From an uncultured Flaviramulus sp. (GTDB lineage Bacteria > Bacteroidota > Bacteroidia > Flavobacteriales > Flavobacteriaceae), in NCBI GenBank assembly GCA_947495125.1, contig CANLXL010000004.1, forward strand, positions 84,322 through 148,321: 64,000 nt of DNA, in the 5' to 3' direction. How positions within the stretch are numbered: position 1 is the stretch's first letter; each line of letters opens with the position of its first letter. The notes under the pieces are model-generated. The model did not search any database. It saw only the letters and a list, made by a program, of their open reading frames with translations, and was not told the origin of the DNA. Positions 34,201 through 42,435 of this stretch are shown piece after piece. A program made the translations under genes and the position numbers.

Positions 34201-36523
34201 GGAAACCGCAAGTCCGTTTTGTTCTGCAACGTCCAATGTGATTATTGCGTCTCCTTTAGATGCGTTATCGGTGGTCGCTACGGAAACGTCTAATGTAACC
34301 TGTGACAATAATAGTGGAACCATTACGGCAGTAGCTTCCGGTGGGTGGGGGACTTACGAATATGAATTAACAGGCGCGGCAACGGTTGCTTATTCCTCAA
34401 ACGGAACATTTGCAAACTTATCTGCCGGCGTGTATACAGTTAATGTTAGAGATGCTGGTGGGTGTATTGCTTCAGATGGTGCGACATTAGTTATTCCACC
34501 ACCAATTAATGCCACGGTTACCGCAAACACACCATTGTTATCCTGTTTTGGTGATAACAATGCGACAATAACGGCAAGTCTTGTAACCGGTGGAGAAGGA
34601 AGTAATTATACCTATACCTTGAATATGACAACACCAACGGTTAGTACTTCCGGACCTCAGGTATCTCCCGTATTTGATAATTTAGGAGCCGGAACTTACC
34701 ATGTGGTGGTTAACGATGGTTTGAACTGTGTATTCACCTCCACAGATATTGTTATAGCCGAACCTACGCCGATACAAGCCTTATTGGTAAAAGAAACATC
34801 ACAAACTTGTTTCACGGGGACTACACTAACCTTAAGTGCTACCGGCGGAACAGGAACTTACGAATACAGTGATTCAATAACATTTGCAACGGTTTTAGGA
34901 ACCTTCGGAGCATCAGTAACCTTTCCGGTTTCTGATGGTACTTATGCTTATTATGTTAGAGATGCTAATGGATGTATTGCGAATGTGTCGAATGAAATAA
35001 CTATTGATCCGTTACCCGCATTATTAGTTAATTTGGATGTTACCAATGCGACCATTAATTGCGCAGGTGATAGTACGGGGGTAATTGTTGCGACCGCAGA
35101 AGGTGGTTTAGGGAGTTACGTGTATACATTACAAGATACTGCCGGAAACGATATCGCGCCTGCACCAACGCAGAATAGTCCGGGTGTTTTTACCGATCTT
35201 CCTATTGGGAACTACCAGGTACAAGTTGATAGTGGTGATTGTTTAACCACGAGTGCCCAGATTTCAATAACAGAACCTGCAGCACCATTAACCGCTAATT
35301 TTATCACGACAAATGTAACCTGCCCGGGGACTAACAATGGCAGACTAGAAATTAATGCAAGCGGAGGAACAGGGGTTATAAAATATGCAATTTCACCACA
35401 GTTAAATCAGTTTTTTGATTCTCCAATATTTGATAACCTTTCGCCGGGAACTTATCAGGCGATAGCACAAGATGAACTTGGATGTTTTGTGATCTTTAGT
35501 TTCGATATTATTGATCCTATTCCGGTGATGTTAACCATTGTTCCCAATTCCATACTACCGGAGGTTTGTGATGGAGACCTGGATGGAGAATTCAGCATAG
35601 ATATTTCCGGAGGGAATATGCCATATAGCGTAAGTTTAGATGATGTGAATGGCCCATATACCACAGGAGCCTTGACCCAAACTCAATTCGATTTTATAGG
35701 ATTGGCAGGTGGCGATCATATCGTTTATGTGCGTGATGCCCTGGGTTGTGAAACGGAATGGAACATTACATTTCCTGAATCGGTTTTAATCGACCCTCAA
35801 GTTGTGGTCGATTATGGATGTACTAATAACATTTCAACGAATACGGTTACGGTAACAGTAGATAGCAGTATAACAGATCTTTCGGATTTAGATTACGCGC
35901 TAAATGGTGGTCCGTATCAAGCCAGCAATGTATTTATTGATGTGCCTGCGGGAACAGGACATTTTATTGACGTTAGACACACTAACGGCTGTATTCAAAG
36001 AACGGATACATTCGATATCACACAATTTGATCCGTTACAACTTATTATTGATGATGGGAACTTAAATGAGATCGTAGCAACGGCTACCGGAGGTAGTGGT
36101 GATTATGAATTTGAAGTCACCTTTGTACAAACCGGCTATACCGAACCTTATGGTGATACGAATACCTTTATCATTTATGAATCCGGAGAATATACCGTAA
36201 CAGTGACCGATAGCAACGGATGTGTTGCTTCTGCGACAAGATTCTTTGAGTATATCGATGTTTGTGTCACTAACTATTTCACACCGAATGGCGATGGTAA
36301 TTTAGACGAATGGGGGCCAGGTTGTACAGACCAGTACAAAGACTTAAAGTTTAATATTTTTGATCGTTACGGACGAAAAGTAGCAACACTAGGTGTTGGA
36401 GAAAAATGGGACGGTAAATATCACGGTAAAGAGCTTCCAACAGGGGACTATTGGTATGTTGTAAAGCTTAATGACGTCAAAGACAATCGTGAGTTTGTCG
36501 GTCACTTTACCCTTTATAGATAA
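28286..36523 (+). CDS. giant SprB-like cell-surface adhesin, T9SS type-B CTD cargo (2745 aa)
   Basis: Signal peptide (LFA|QNY). DUF11-like 'conserved repeat' segment (LGDELNYVIGFQNTGNDDATNLTIRDILPENIVF). At least ~20 SprB-type Cys-paired repeats by eye. C-terminal type-B CTD (NYFTPNGDGNLDEW ... GDYWYVVKL ... GHFTLYR). Confidence 0.93.
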   Translation: MKKSTLLKNGLVVFLFLLSLPLFAQNYVPFTPRFNQDLKGDIQLIGNNILGPDNNAFNDNSVYNHNVNMQYIDIDGDPTTFSSSSADLGIPNPGCYRIVHAGLYWGAVTNGPESITDVKFRGPTGGYHDVVGTVIFEANGTSVDGGDSFSYACYADVTPIVTGLTNDLGTYTVANVSSLEGETGLFTPRNGTGNSAGWSLFIVYEDPTVPGKSITSFDGFSAISVPGSNPTLDVPISGFRTIPAPAPVRANFAFATLEGDSPILGDRLLLNGVSLSTADRPVGNFFNSSVTQLSALPVNNRNPNSTNTLGFDTGVMVVPNPGNTVIANDATSATVRLETSGDTYFPYFFALAVDIIEPNIVLTKIVEDALGNDIGGQLVNLGDELNYVIGFQNTGNDDATNLTIRDILPENIVFNYPADLGILPPGVTVQSYDPTTKEIIFSIDNSVVEENDPVQEIRFKVTVVQTCSLLNDACDNIINNQAYATYNGTLNPTFTISDDPSFNSNTGCLLTPGATNFLADIDCTFREDVILCGASTVLTSGDGYDSYSWSTSPTGTPVIGTSQTLTVTTTGTYYVQNTATAPCQSTDQEFNVITFGAGVTNPLIPFADQVVTCPNDGKQLPNFFLCGATDSRFIQTGISDTSSMIWEILDETSCAAVPDSDCANEDPGCTWNQVATGPDFLIDTAGQYRLTLNYTGGCFNQFYFNVYTNLLIPTVTSRDIICTTPGEIVVGGVPSGYEYSIDGVNYQASNTFSINTPNIYSVYVRQIGVTPNPCIFTVPDVQIRQRDFTVSTIITQPYCNGGQGSVVLAANDVRPQYFFSIYDGATLINSVGPIAADNYTFANLNPGTYTVNISTEDGCLYTGNIDIIDPPLLTATSALTQPLTCTDGEITVYPVGGTPPYFYFVNSTTVFQTTPTINVPTAGTYNITVVDSNNCSADTSIVVNATPAPYFNVTKTDILCADAVNSGVITVNVTNPNGNSLLYSIDNGVTFFSSPVFTGLIAADYEVVVQYTTGTDVCTSAPQTITINTEPAINGTATLTTPYTCTTTGVITVSGVTGGTAPYSYSLDGITFQPGVTFTGLVNGTYTVTIRDASACTFITAPAIIAPLNPPTDLTFSNTPLSCPTLTSDVTITGTSGGILPLEYQIIAPAGATTPYQSSNIFSGLAPDTYTFQVRDANNCLYSESYTIAPLPPLAISTVLTKDLDCTASPNGTITGTISGGTAPFTYEVSFNGGGYTSLGATGSPFTHSAATDGTYQFRVTDANGCTSDSNVQTVNPISLPEITSVVQTQPILCNGDSNAAIQITINTTVGTPPFVINVNNDTTGTNYGTQTSGLPAGDYTITLTDAKSCTDTETITISEPTPIIVTHHAVDITCGALGVSKGSVIVDGVTGGTAPYNYFVTGTNGYSASELNASGTVSTTFDVVDFGLYQINVVDSNGCSVLVQDVLVASPPDDLDISVNATVNCVTGGEVVVNIGTTLVSAGPFYFDIYRGVIPPAPPGGTWVAEDSPGSQSATFTGLIPGVTYTFIVYDVSTGCSYFETATAPVPTNSTLTASALTSNNITCVGSADGNVSFTVNSVYLVSTDVNYEIFDALSITTTGVTGTGTVPAGGSLPISNLGPLPFGTYFVLVTETTGPNTGCGAVTIPFNITESAIDLTINATVDNNANCNPNSGLISAIAANGTAPYVYQLTTSAVPPLATDPSWASANTFNVNANSYYVHVMDAYGCIKSTPVLVVPTDPEPVIAAAVNNQCTDTEGNFAIDVTLTTAGMPPYSYSIDGGAFQTRTAPFTISNLTSGSHTIEIQDINGCGNLVTVDIAPPLDLIPSISALPSCNNDDGEITITGSGGTGTYSYAISPSPASIGLVGNVFSGVPSGTYTVTITDTNTSCTEDVSIVVPAATPPTITTTPTAVTCFGDSSAFEILVSGYTGPYSYEVFDSSSTSILGVVNANTSTNPEIVSGVLAGQYTVVITETASPFCSATSNVIIASPLDALSVVATETSNVTCDNNSGTITAVASGGWGTYEYELTGAATVAYSSNGTFANLSAGVYTVNVRDAGGCIASDGATLVIPPPINATVTANTPLLSCFGDNNATITASLVTGGEGSNYTYTLNMTTPTVSTSGPQVSPVFDNLGAGTYHVVVNDGLNCVFTSTDIVIAEPTPIQALLVKETSQTCFTGTTLTLSATGGTGTYEYSDSITFATVLGTFGASVTFPVSDGTYAYYVRDANGCIANVSNEITIDPLPALLVNLDVTNATINCAGDSTGVIVATAEGGLGSYVYTLQDTAGNDIAPAPTQNSPGVFTDLPIGNYQVQVDSGDCLTTSAQISITEPAAPLTANFITTNVTCPGTNNGRLEINASGGTGVIKYAISPQLNQFFDSPIFDNLSPGTYQAIAQDELGCFVIFSFDIIDPIPVMLTIVPNSILPEVCDGDLDGEFSIDISGGNMPYSVSLDDVNGPYTTGALTQTQFDFIGLAGGDHIVYVRDALGCETEWNITFPESVLIDPQVVVDYGCTNNISTNTVTVTVDSSITDLSDLDYALNGGPYQASNVFIDVPAGTGHFIDVRHTNGCIQRTDTFDITQFDPLQLIIDDGNLNEIVATATGGSGDYEFEVTFVQTGYTEPYGDTNTFIIYESGEYTVTVTDSNGCVASATRFFEYIDVCVTNYFTPNGDGNLDEWGPGCTDQYKDLKFNIFDRYGRKVATLGVGEKWDGKYHGKELPTGDYWYVVKLNDVKDNREFVGHFTLYR
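30660..36240 (+). repeat. tandem array of ~80-90-aa SprB-type coding repeats inside the giant gene (approximate bounds)
   Basis: Each module opens with x-C-x-G/D-x-x-G-x-I/V (QPYCNGGQGSVVL, QPLTCTDGEITV, TPYTCTTTGVITV, SNVTCDNNSGTITA ...). Each closes with D-x-N/G-x-C (VTDANGCTSD, VRDANGCIAN ...). The repeats are divergent at the DNA level. Confidence 0.8.
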
Positions 36524-36555
36524 AAAAATAGCAGAGCCAATCTAAAAATGAGTCA

Positions 36556-37533
36556 ATGAAAAAGTTAACACTATATATATGTCTTCTAGTTATAACATGC
36601 AGTTATAGCCAGGAGTTTAACTTGCCTGTTTTTACGCAATATCTGGCGGATAACGATTTTGTAATATCCCCAACCTATGCCGGTATTGGAGATAATTTAA
36701 AGCTAAGAGCTAATGGCTTAACCCAATGGGTTGGCATCAAAGGAGCTCCGGATAACCAATCGCTTTATGCAGATTTCAGAATTGCAGACCGCTCGGGAAT
36801 TGGAATCTCTTTATATAATGATAGAAATGGTAATACCATTCAGACCGGGGCGAAATTTTCTTTTGCGCATCATCTTGTATTAGATTATTACTCTAAACAA
36901 TATTTATCATTTGGTATTTCATATAACTTAAATAATTTCAGAATTGATATTGATAATTTTAATACGACATACGAAAACCCGACCATAGATCCTTTTGTTA
37001 CGGATGATAGAAAAACTTCAAACCATAACTTCGATGCCGGGTTTTTATATCGATTAAAAGGCTTCTTTTTAAGCTTCAACGTTAATAACATGCTGGATAA
37101 GGACTTCGATAGCGCCATAAGAACATTAGAGCCCAATTTACTTTTAAACTATCAAATATATGCCGGATATACATTTAGAGGGCCTAAAAAGAGTGGGTTG
37201 GAATTTGAACCTTCGCTATTTTATCAAATGTTTACCAGTGATAAACGATCTGCCACGGATTTAAATTTTAAATTCAGAAAATATAATAGAAACGACGATT
37301 ATTATTGGGCGGGAATCTCCTATCGTTATCTTAATGATCAGTTCTTTAAACCTTTAAATATAGGCCCGATGGCAGGATTTAAGAAGTCTGATTTTTACTT
37401 CGGATATGCCTATCAGGTCACAATGAATGAATTGTCCGGTTTTAATTCAGGGACGCATGTGGTAACCATAGGAATTGATTTTCTACAGGGTATTAGTAAT
37501 TGCCCTTGTACTCAGAGTGCTGTTCGTAAATAA
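36556..37533 (+). CDS. sprF: PorP/SprF-family T9SS outer-membrane protein (cognate partner of the giant cargo)
   Basis: 325 aa, signal (SYS|QEF), PorP/SprF pattern (FTQYLADNDFVISPTYAG ... GISLYNDRNG ...). Lies 32 nt downstream of the adhesin, as in the sprB-sprF arrangement. Confidence 0.88.
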   Translation: MKKLTLYICLLVITCSYSQEFNLPVFTQYLADNDFVISPTYAGIGDNLKLRANGLTQWVGIKGAPDNQSLYADFRIADRSGIGISLYNDRNGNTIQTGAKFSFAHHLVLDYYSKQYLSFGISYNLNNFRIDIDNFNTTYENPTIDPFVTDDRKTSNHNFDAGFLYRLKGFFLSFNVNNMLDKDFDSAIRTLEPNLLLNYQIYAGYTFRGPKKSGLEFEPSLFYQMFTSDKRSATDLNFKFRKYNRNDDYYWAGISYRYLNDQFFKPLNIGPMAGFKKSDFYFGYAYQVTMNELSGFNSGTHVVTIGIDFLQGISNCPCTQSAVRK

Positions 37534-37552
37534 TCTATAATGTTGCTTAATA

Positions 37553-38182
37553 TTAAAGCCTAAAGTTTTCAATTTTTAATGATGAAATTTCCAAGGCGGC
37601 TCCCGCACAAGGATGGTAATTAACAAAATTGAGCTTGCATAAATTATTGATATCTAATAATTTCCCATCAGGTTTTCCATCTAATTTAAAATCTGACCAC
37701 TGGATCTGTATAGTCCTAAATGCTTCAGGAGAGGGTTGCAAATCAACTCTTGGATGAGATCCACCATGTACACAGCCGGTGCCGGCAATATTACCTTCTC
37801 TTGCCTGAATTTTTATAAGATGAGAGGATTTATAAGTGAGTTGTAAAAAATCGGAATCCTTCAAAGCCGTTGGCGGACCATCATTTGATACCGATGGTGT
37901 TACCATAACATTCAACTCTATTTCCCCAGTTGGTGTGTTGTTTGAAGTTACTTTTATAAGCTGTTCTTTTTTTCTCAGTTTATTGATGTCATCTTCCGAT
38001 TCTAAAGTAGGCCCTGAAATGAACCATTTATTCGATAAAACCAAATTCGTAGCATTAATTGTTGTTTTTTTAGAGCTAGAATGACATCCAAAAAGAGAAC
38101 CACAACAAAGACTTAGGATAATTAAAGGTTTGATCAAGAAGAGGTCACTTTTATCCATCATTACTATTTTATTGAATTCCAT
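37553..38182 (-). CDS. hypothetical lipoprotein
   Basis: Lipobox-like N-terminus (LSLCCGSLFGC). 209 aa. No family recognised with confidence. Confidence 0.7.
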   Translation of the reverse strand: MEFNKIVMMDKSDLFLIKPLIILSLCCGSLFGCHSSSKKTTINATNLVLSNKWFISGPTLESEDDINKLRKKEQLIKVTSNNTPTGEIELNVMVTPSVSNDGPPTALKDSDFLQLTYKSSHLIKIQAREGNIAGTGCVHGGSHPRVDLQPSPEAFRTIQIQWSDFKLDGKPDGKLLDINNLCKLNFVNYHPCAGAALEISSLKIENFRL

Positions 38183-38440
38183 TACTTTTTAAGGATTCAT
38201 ATTGGGTTCTTGATATTAAAATTTTAGTTTACTAATATAATAATTTATGTATTTATGGATTAATTCGTTATATTATATTAGATGTTATATAATAGTTAAA
38301 AGATTAATATCTGGTCAAAAGTGATAATTAGGGCAAAAATAATATAACCTACTGTGTTATTTGTATTTGTAAAAGATATGATACGGAACTAAATTTGTAA
38401 CATCCAATGTTATGGATTATCGAAAAAAAAGTATAGATCA

Positions 38441-41400
38441 TTGAAAAAGACATTATTATTCGCCACTATTTTTACCTTAATCTTATTAGGGCTAATTCTG
38501 GCACCCATAAGTACAGAAGAAAGTAACGAAGTTTTACTCTTTTTTGGAAACTTTCATCCTTTAATTCTCCATCTTCCAATTGGTGCGCTTGTTGGTGTTT
38601 TGTTTTTGGAAATTGTAAACCTTATTAATCCTAAGTTAAACCTAGGTGGAGCCAACAAAGTGTTACTTTGGTTTAGTACCATTAGCTTGATTCCAGCAGT
38701 TGTTTTCGGTTTTTTTCTGGCGTCTAGCGGTGGGTATAATGAAGAGGTATTATCCTTTCATAAATGGTTAGGATGGATAACCGCTTTATTATGTGTTTGG
38801 CTATTAGTTTATCGTTTGTGGGCTTATACCCAATCAAAACAACATGTTCGAATTTATCAAGGAATATTATTTATAAATGTGGTTTTACTGTCTTTTACAG
38901 GACATTATGGCGGATCATTAACACATGGAGCCAATTATTTGACCAAGGACATGCCGGATGGACTAAAAGATTTCCTCGGGATAGAAAAAACAGAAGCAGA
39001 ATCTATTTTGTCTTCCATTGAGGATTTAAAGGAGTCTTCTGATACCAATGAAATAAATGAAGCTTTTGTATTTGCAGACACCATTCATCCTATTATGGAT
39101 AAAAACTGTTTCGAATGCCACAATTCAAATAAGCAAAAAGGGGATTTACGCTTGGATAATGTAAGCTGGGAAATGGTAAGCGCGCAAAATGTTAAGACCT
39201 GGAAAAATGTTTACACGGAAATAAGTGAAGGCAATATGCCTCCTGAGGAAGAGGAACCGTTAACAGATCATGAACGCCAAAGCATTTTAAACTGGATCAC
39301 ACGTTCGTTAGACAGTGTTAAACCTGAATTAAAACAACAGGTAGCAGTATTAGAACAAAAAGAAGCTGAAGCTGAAGAAAAGAAGGAACAATTGGCCTTG
39401 GCTATGAAAGAACAGATACTGACGGCCGAACCTACTGAAGCTTCGTTAAAGTATGCCAATGAAATTCAACCCATATTGAATAAGTATTGCTATCAATGTC
39501 ATGGTCCTTCCAAGCAAAAAGGAGAGATGCGTCTAGATATCTTAAATTGGGACATGGTGAATGGAGGCGATGCCGAGAAATGGCATTCTGCACTCGATGA
39601 GATCAATGCAGGCAATATGCCCCCAAAAAAGAAGAAACAATTAACTGCTGAAGAACGACGCATGGTTGTCGATTGGATAACAAATTCATTAGACCATGCG
39701 GCTGATGCTAAAAGTGCTACCAATAAAACTGTGACCAGACGTTTAACCAAGTCGCAGTACACCAATACCTTAAATCAATTATTAGGGCTACCCATAAACT
39801 TTGGTAATGTATTACCCGATGATGGCAAATCTAAAATGGGCTTTTCTAATAACGGGGATATCCTTCAAATCTCATCATTGCATATAGACTATTATCAAAA
39901 AATAGCGCGAGAAGCGTTAGATAAGGCCATCGTTACAGGACCGAAACCAAAATCTATGACCTATAAAATCACTTTCGGAAAAGGTATGGGAGAAGGAAAG
40001 GTGGCTGCCGAATTTGGAGGTTTTCAATCTGCCGCCATTAAACATGAAGATTTTGTTGTAGATCTTTATGATAATGAAGGCGTAAATTTTGATATTACAG
40101 ATACCATTAAAAAGAGAATTGGAGTGGATATGAGAGGCTCTGCAAGCGACAGATATGCTGTAGAAAACGACGGCATGATTCTATACTCAGCATTGCCACA
40201 CAAAGATGTTCCACCACGCTCCTGGCAGGGGCCGTCTCCAAATGTTAAAATGCTTATCAAGGACAACTATCCAAAAACAGGAGGTAACTTTGTTTTTAGA
40301 GTTAATGCTTCCAAAGGTTATGGGATAGCCATGCGCGAAGGCTTAATAGAACTCAGAGAACATAAACCGGCTGAAGTCACTGCCAAAACCATCAACCTTT
40401 TAGCCATCGAAGGAGAGGAAAATAGCAACCTGATCCTTAAAGATAGCTTGTTGGTACCTGTTCGAATAGACTCTGTTTCTTATTCTAATTTAGAAATCAA
40501 GATCCCGAAAGATAGTTTTTACCAGATCGATTTGGTACATCCTTATGTATCGCAGGATAATATGCCTTCCTTCATGCTGAAAATTGGAAGATTCAATAAA
40601 ATTGAAGAACGTTTGCAGCTACCGGAAACATTAAAGGATAAAGGCGATATTGTGACGCCCGTTACTTTGGCATATTTAAGGAAGGGTAAGTATAAAATTA
40701 GAGTAGGAGGAAGCTTCTTTGTGGGGTATAAAAATATAAGATTTACGCCATTAGCTGAAGATAGTGAGATTCCTAAGGCACTTAAGGCTGAAGTGGAAAA
40801 GAATCAAAGTCAGTACAAAGATTTAGTACCTTCAATAAAAGCATTTGTAGCCACAAGAACAGATGATGGCATGGATTACCAAACCTTTGATGTTAGTAAG
40901 GAAGTTACATCTGAAGCCGGAGATTATCAGACTTTTGAGTTTACCGGGCAATTAGAAAATTTACCGGTTCCTGTTTACGACCCTATTGAAACAGAACCAT
41001 TTTCAAATACCATGATCGTTGGGCTTTGGAATAACCATCTCGTTAAAAACAAGAAAGACAACGGACCGGCTTTACTGGTGAAGTCTATGGAACTAGAAAC
41101 ACCCTATCACCCGGTTTGGCCACCAGAGAGTCATTCCACTATATTCTTCGATTCACCAAATAAAAGCAACTACCAAATCTATACCGCCGAGGTGCTTAAA
41201 AGATTTATGGAGAGAGCGTTTAGACGTCCATTGGTTGGTGGAGAATTGGAACGTTACTTTAATTTTTGGAATGATATCAAGGACGATTTTGAGGTTTATG
41301 AAGATAGCGTTAAAGAAGTTCTGGTTGCTATTTTATGCTCCCCTAACTTTTTATACTTGCTGGAATCTGAAAAATCAGGACCTAAGATGTTTAATGAAGA

Positions 41401-42433
41401 TTATTTCTTAGCGTCTAAAATGGCTTATTTTTTATGGAATTCACCACCCGATAAGAAATTAACCGAATTGGCATCTTTGGGAATGTTGAAAAATCAATTG
41501 CCGGATCAAATTGATAGAATGATTGAAAGTCCGAAAACCTTAAAAATGATTGAGGCCTTTGCCTACGAATGGTTGCGTGTTGATCGATTAAAGAGTATCA
41601 ATATTGACGTTAACTTATATCCCGACTTTAACAGGTTTGTTAAAGAGGATATGGCGAAAGAAACCTATAATTTTATCCATTATATACTAAAGGAGGATAA
41701 AAGTGTTTTAGATTTTATCGATTCCGATTTTGCGATGCTAAATCAAAATTTAGCAGAGTTCTATGGCGTTGACGGCGTGATTGGAAACCATTTCAGACCC
41801 GTAGCCATTCCGAGAGAGGAACACAGAGGCGGTTTATTGTCTCAAGGAGCCTTTTTAACCGGCCATTCCGACGGTGTGCATGCCCACCCTATAAAAAGAG
41901 CAGTATGGTTGAAAGAAAAAATTCTTGGAGATGCACCGCCACCACCACCACCAAATGTTCCGGAAATTGACCCCGAAACGCCTGGTTTTGAGAATTTAAC
42001 ATTAAAAGAACAGTTGGAATTACACAGAAATAAAGTATCTTGTATCGATTGTCATTTGAAAATTGACCCTTATGGAGTAGCTTTTGAAAATTATGATGCT
42101 GTTGGAAGGTTTAGAAATGCGTATAAAGGTAATCCAATTGATTCGAAATCGAAATTACCGGATGGCGTTGAAGTGGAAGGTATTAAAGGGATCAAGGAGT
42201 ATTTACTGACGAAAAAGAAAGATGAGGTAACCAAGTCGGTAGTTGAGCACTTATTTGCTTATGCATTAGGTCGGGACGTCAGTTTCTCTGATGAAAAAGA
42301 ATTAGACGATATTGTCGAGAAAGTAAAAGCAGACAATTATAAATTTAAAACAGTTTTAGAAGAAATTATAAAAAGTAATTCATTCTTAAAAAAGTTAGAT
42401 AACGATAGAAATACAATAGCTAAAAACGAGTAG
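38441..42433 (+). CDS. membrane-anchored multihaem Planctomycete-type protein (His-rich TM module + 2x PSCyt1-like + DUF1587/DUF1592/DUF1595/DUF1588/DUF1585 region)
   Basis: TTG start in the ORF track. TM module: HPLILHLPIG, HKWLG, GHYGGSLTHG. CxxCH motifs: CFECHNSNKQKGDLRLD, CYQCHGPSKQKGEMRLD, CIDCHLKIDPYG. DUF1588-like GGLLSQGAFLTGHSDG...PPPPPPNVPEIDP. Confidence 0.85.
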   Translation: MKKTLLFATIFTLILLGLILAPISTEESNEVLLFFGNFHPLILHLPIGALVGVLFLEIVNLINPKLNLGGANKVLLWFSTISLIPAVVFGFFLASSGGYNEEVLSFHKWLGWITALLCVWLLVYRLWAYTQSKQHVRIYQGILFINVVLLSFTGHYGGSLTHGANYLTKDMPDGLKDFLGIEKTEAESILSSIEDLKESSDTNEINEAFVFADTIHPIMDKNCFECHNSNKQKGDLRLDNVSWEMVSAQNVKTWKNVYTEISEGNMPPEEEEPLTDHERQSILNWITRSLDSVKPELKQQVAVLEQKEAEAEEKKEQLALAMKEQILTAEPTEASLKYANEIQPILNKYCYQCHGPSKQKGEMRLDILNWDMVNGGDAEKWHSALDEINAGNMPPKKKKQLTAEERRMVVDWITNSLDHAADAKSATNKTVTRRLTKSQYTNTLNQLLGLPINFGNVLPDDGKSKMGFSNNGDILQISSLHIDYYQKIAREALDKAIVTGPKPKSMTYKITFGKGMGEGKVAAEFGGFQSAAIKHEDFVVDLYDNEGVNFDITDTIKKRIGVDMRGSASDRYAVENDGMILYSALPHKDVPPRSWQGPSPNVKMLIKDNYPKTGGNFVFRVNASKGYGIAMREGLIELREHKPAEVTAKTINLLAIEGEENSNLILKDSLLVPVRIDSVSYSNLEIKIPKDSFYQIDLVHPYVSQDNMPSFMLKIGRFNKIEERLQLPETLKDKGDIVTPVTLAYLRKGKYKIRVGGSFFVGYKNIRFTPLAEDSEIPKALKAEVEKNQSQYKDLVPSIKAFVATRTDDGMDYQTFDVSKEVTSEAGDYQTFEFTGQLENLPVPVYDPIETEPFSNTMIVGLWNNHLVKNKKDNGPALLVKSMELETPYHPVWPPESHSTIFFDSPNKSNYQIYTAEVLKRFMERAFRRPLVGGELERYFNFWNDIKDDFEVYEDSVKEVLVAILCSPNFLYLLESEKSGPKMFNEDYFLASKMAYFLWNSPPDKKLTELASLGMLKNQLPDQIDRMIESPKTLKMIEAFAYEWLRVDRLKSINIDVNLYPDFNRFVKEDMAKETYNFIHYILKEDKSVLDFIDSDFAMLNQNLAEFYGVDGVIGNHFRPVAIPREEHRGGLLSQGAFLTGHSDGVHAHPIKRAVWLKEKILGDAPPPPPPNVPEIDPETPGFENLTLKEQLELHRNKVSCIDCHLKIDPYGVAFENYDAVGRFRNAYKGNPIDSKSKLPDGVEVEGIKGIKEYLLTKKKDEVTKSVVEHLFAYALGRDVSFSDEKELDDIVEKVKADNYKFKTVLEEIIKSNSFLKKLDNDRNTIAKNE

Positions 42434-42435
42434 AT

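Noticed and set aside
28286-36523. Highly repetitive region considered as a possible CRISPR or other non-coding repeat array
   Set aside because: The repeats are in-frame ~80-90-aa protein modules of one uninterrupted 2745-codon ORF. They are divergent at the DNA level, with no short identical direct repeats and no spacers.
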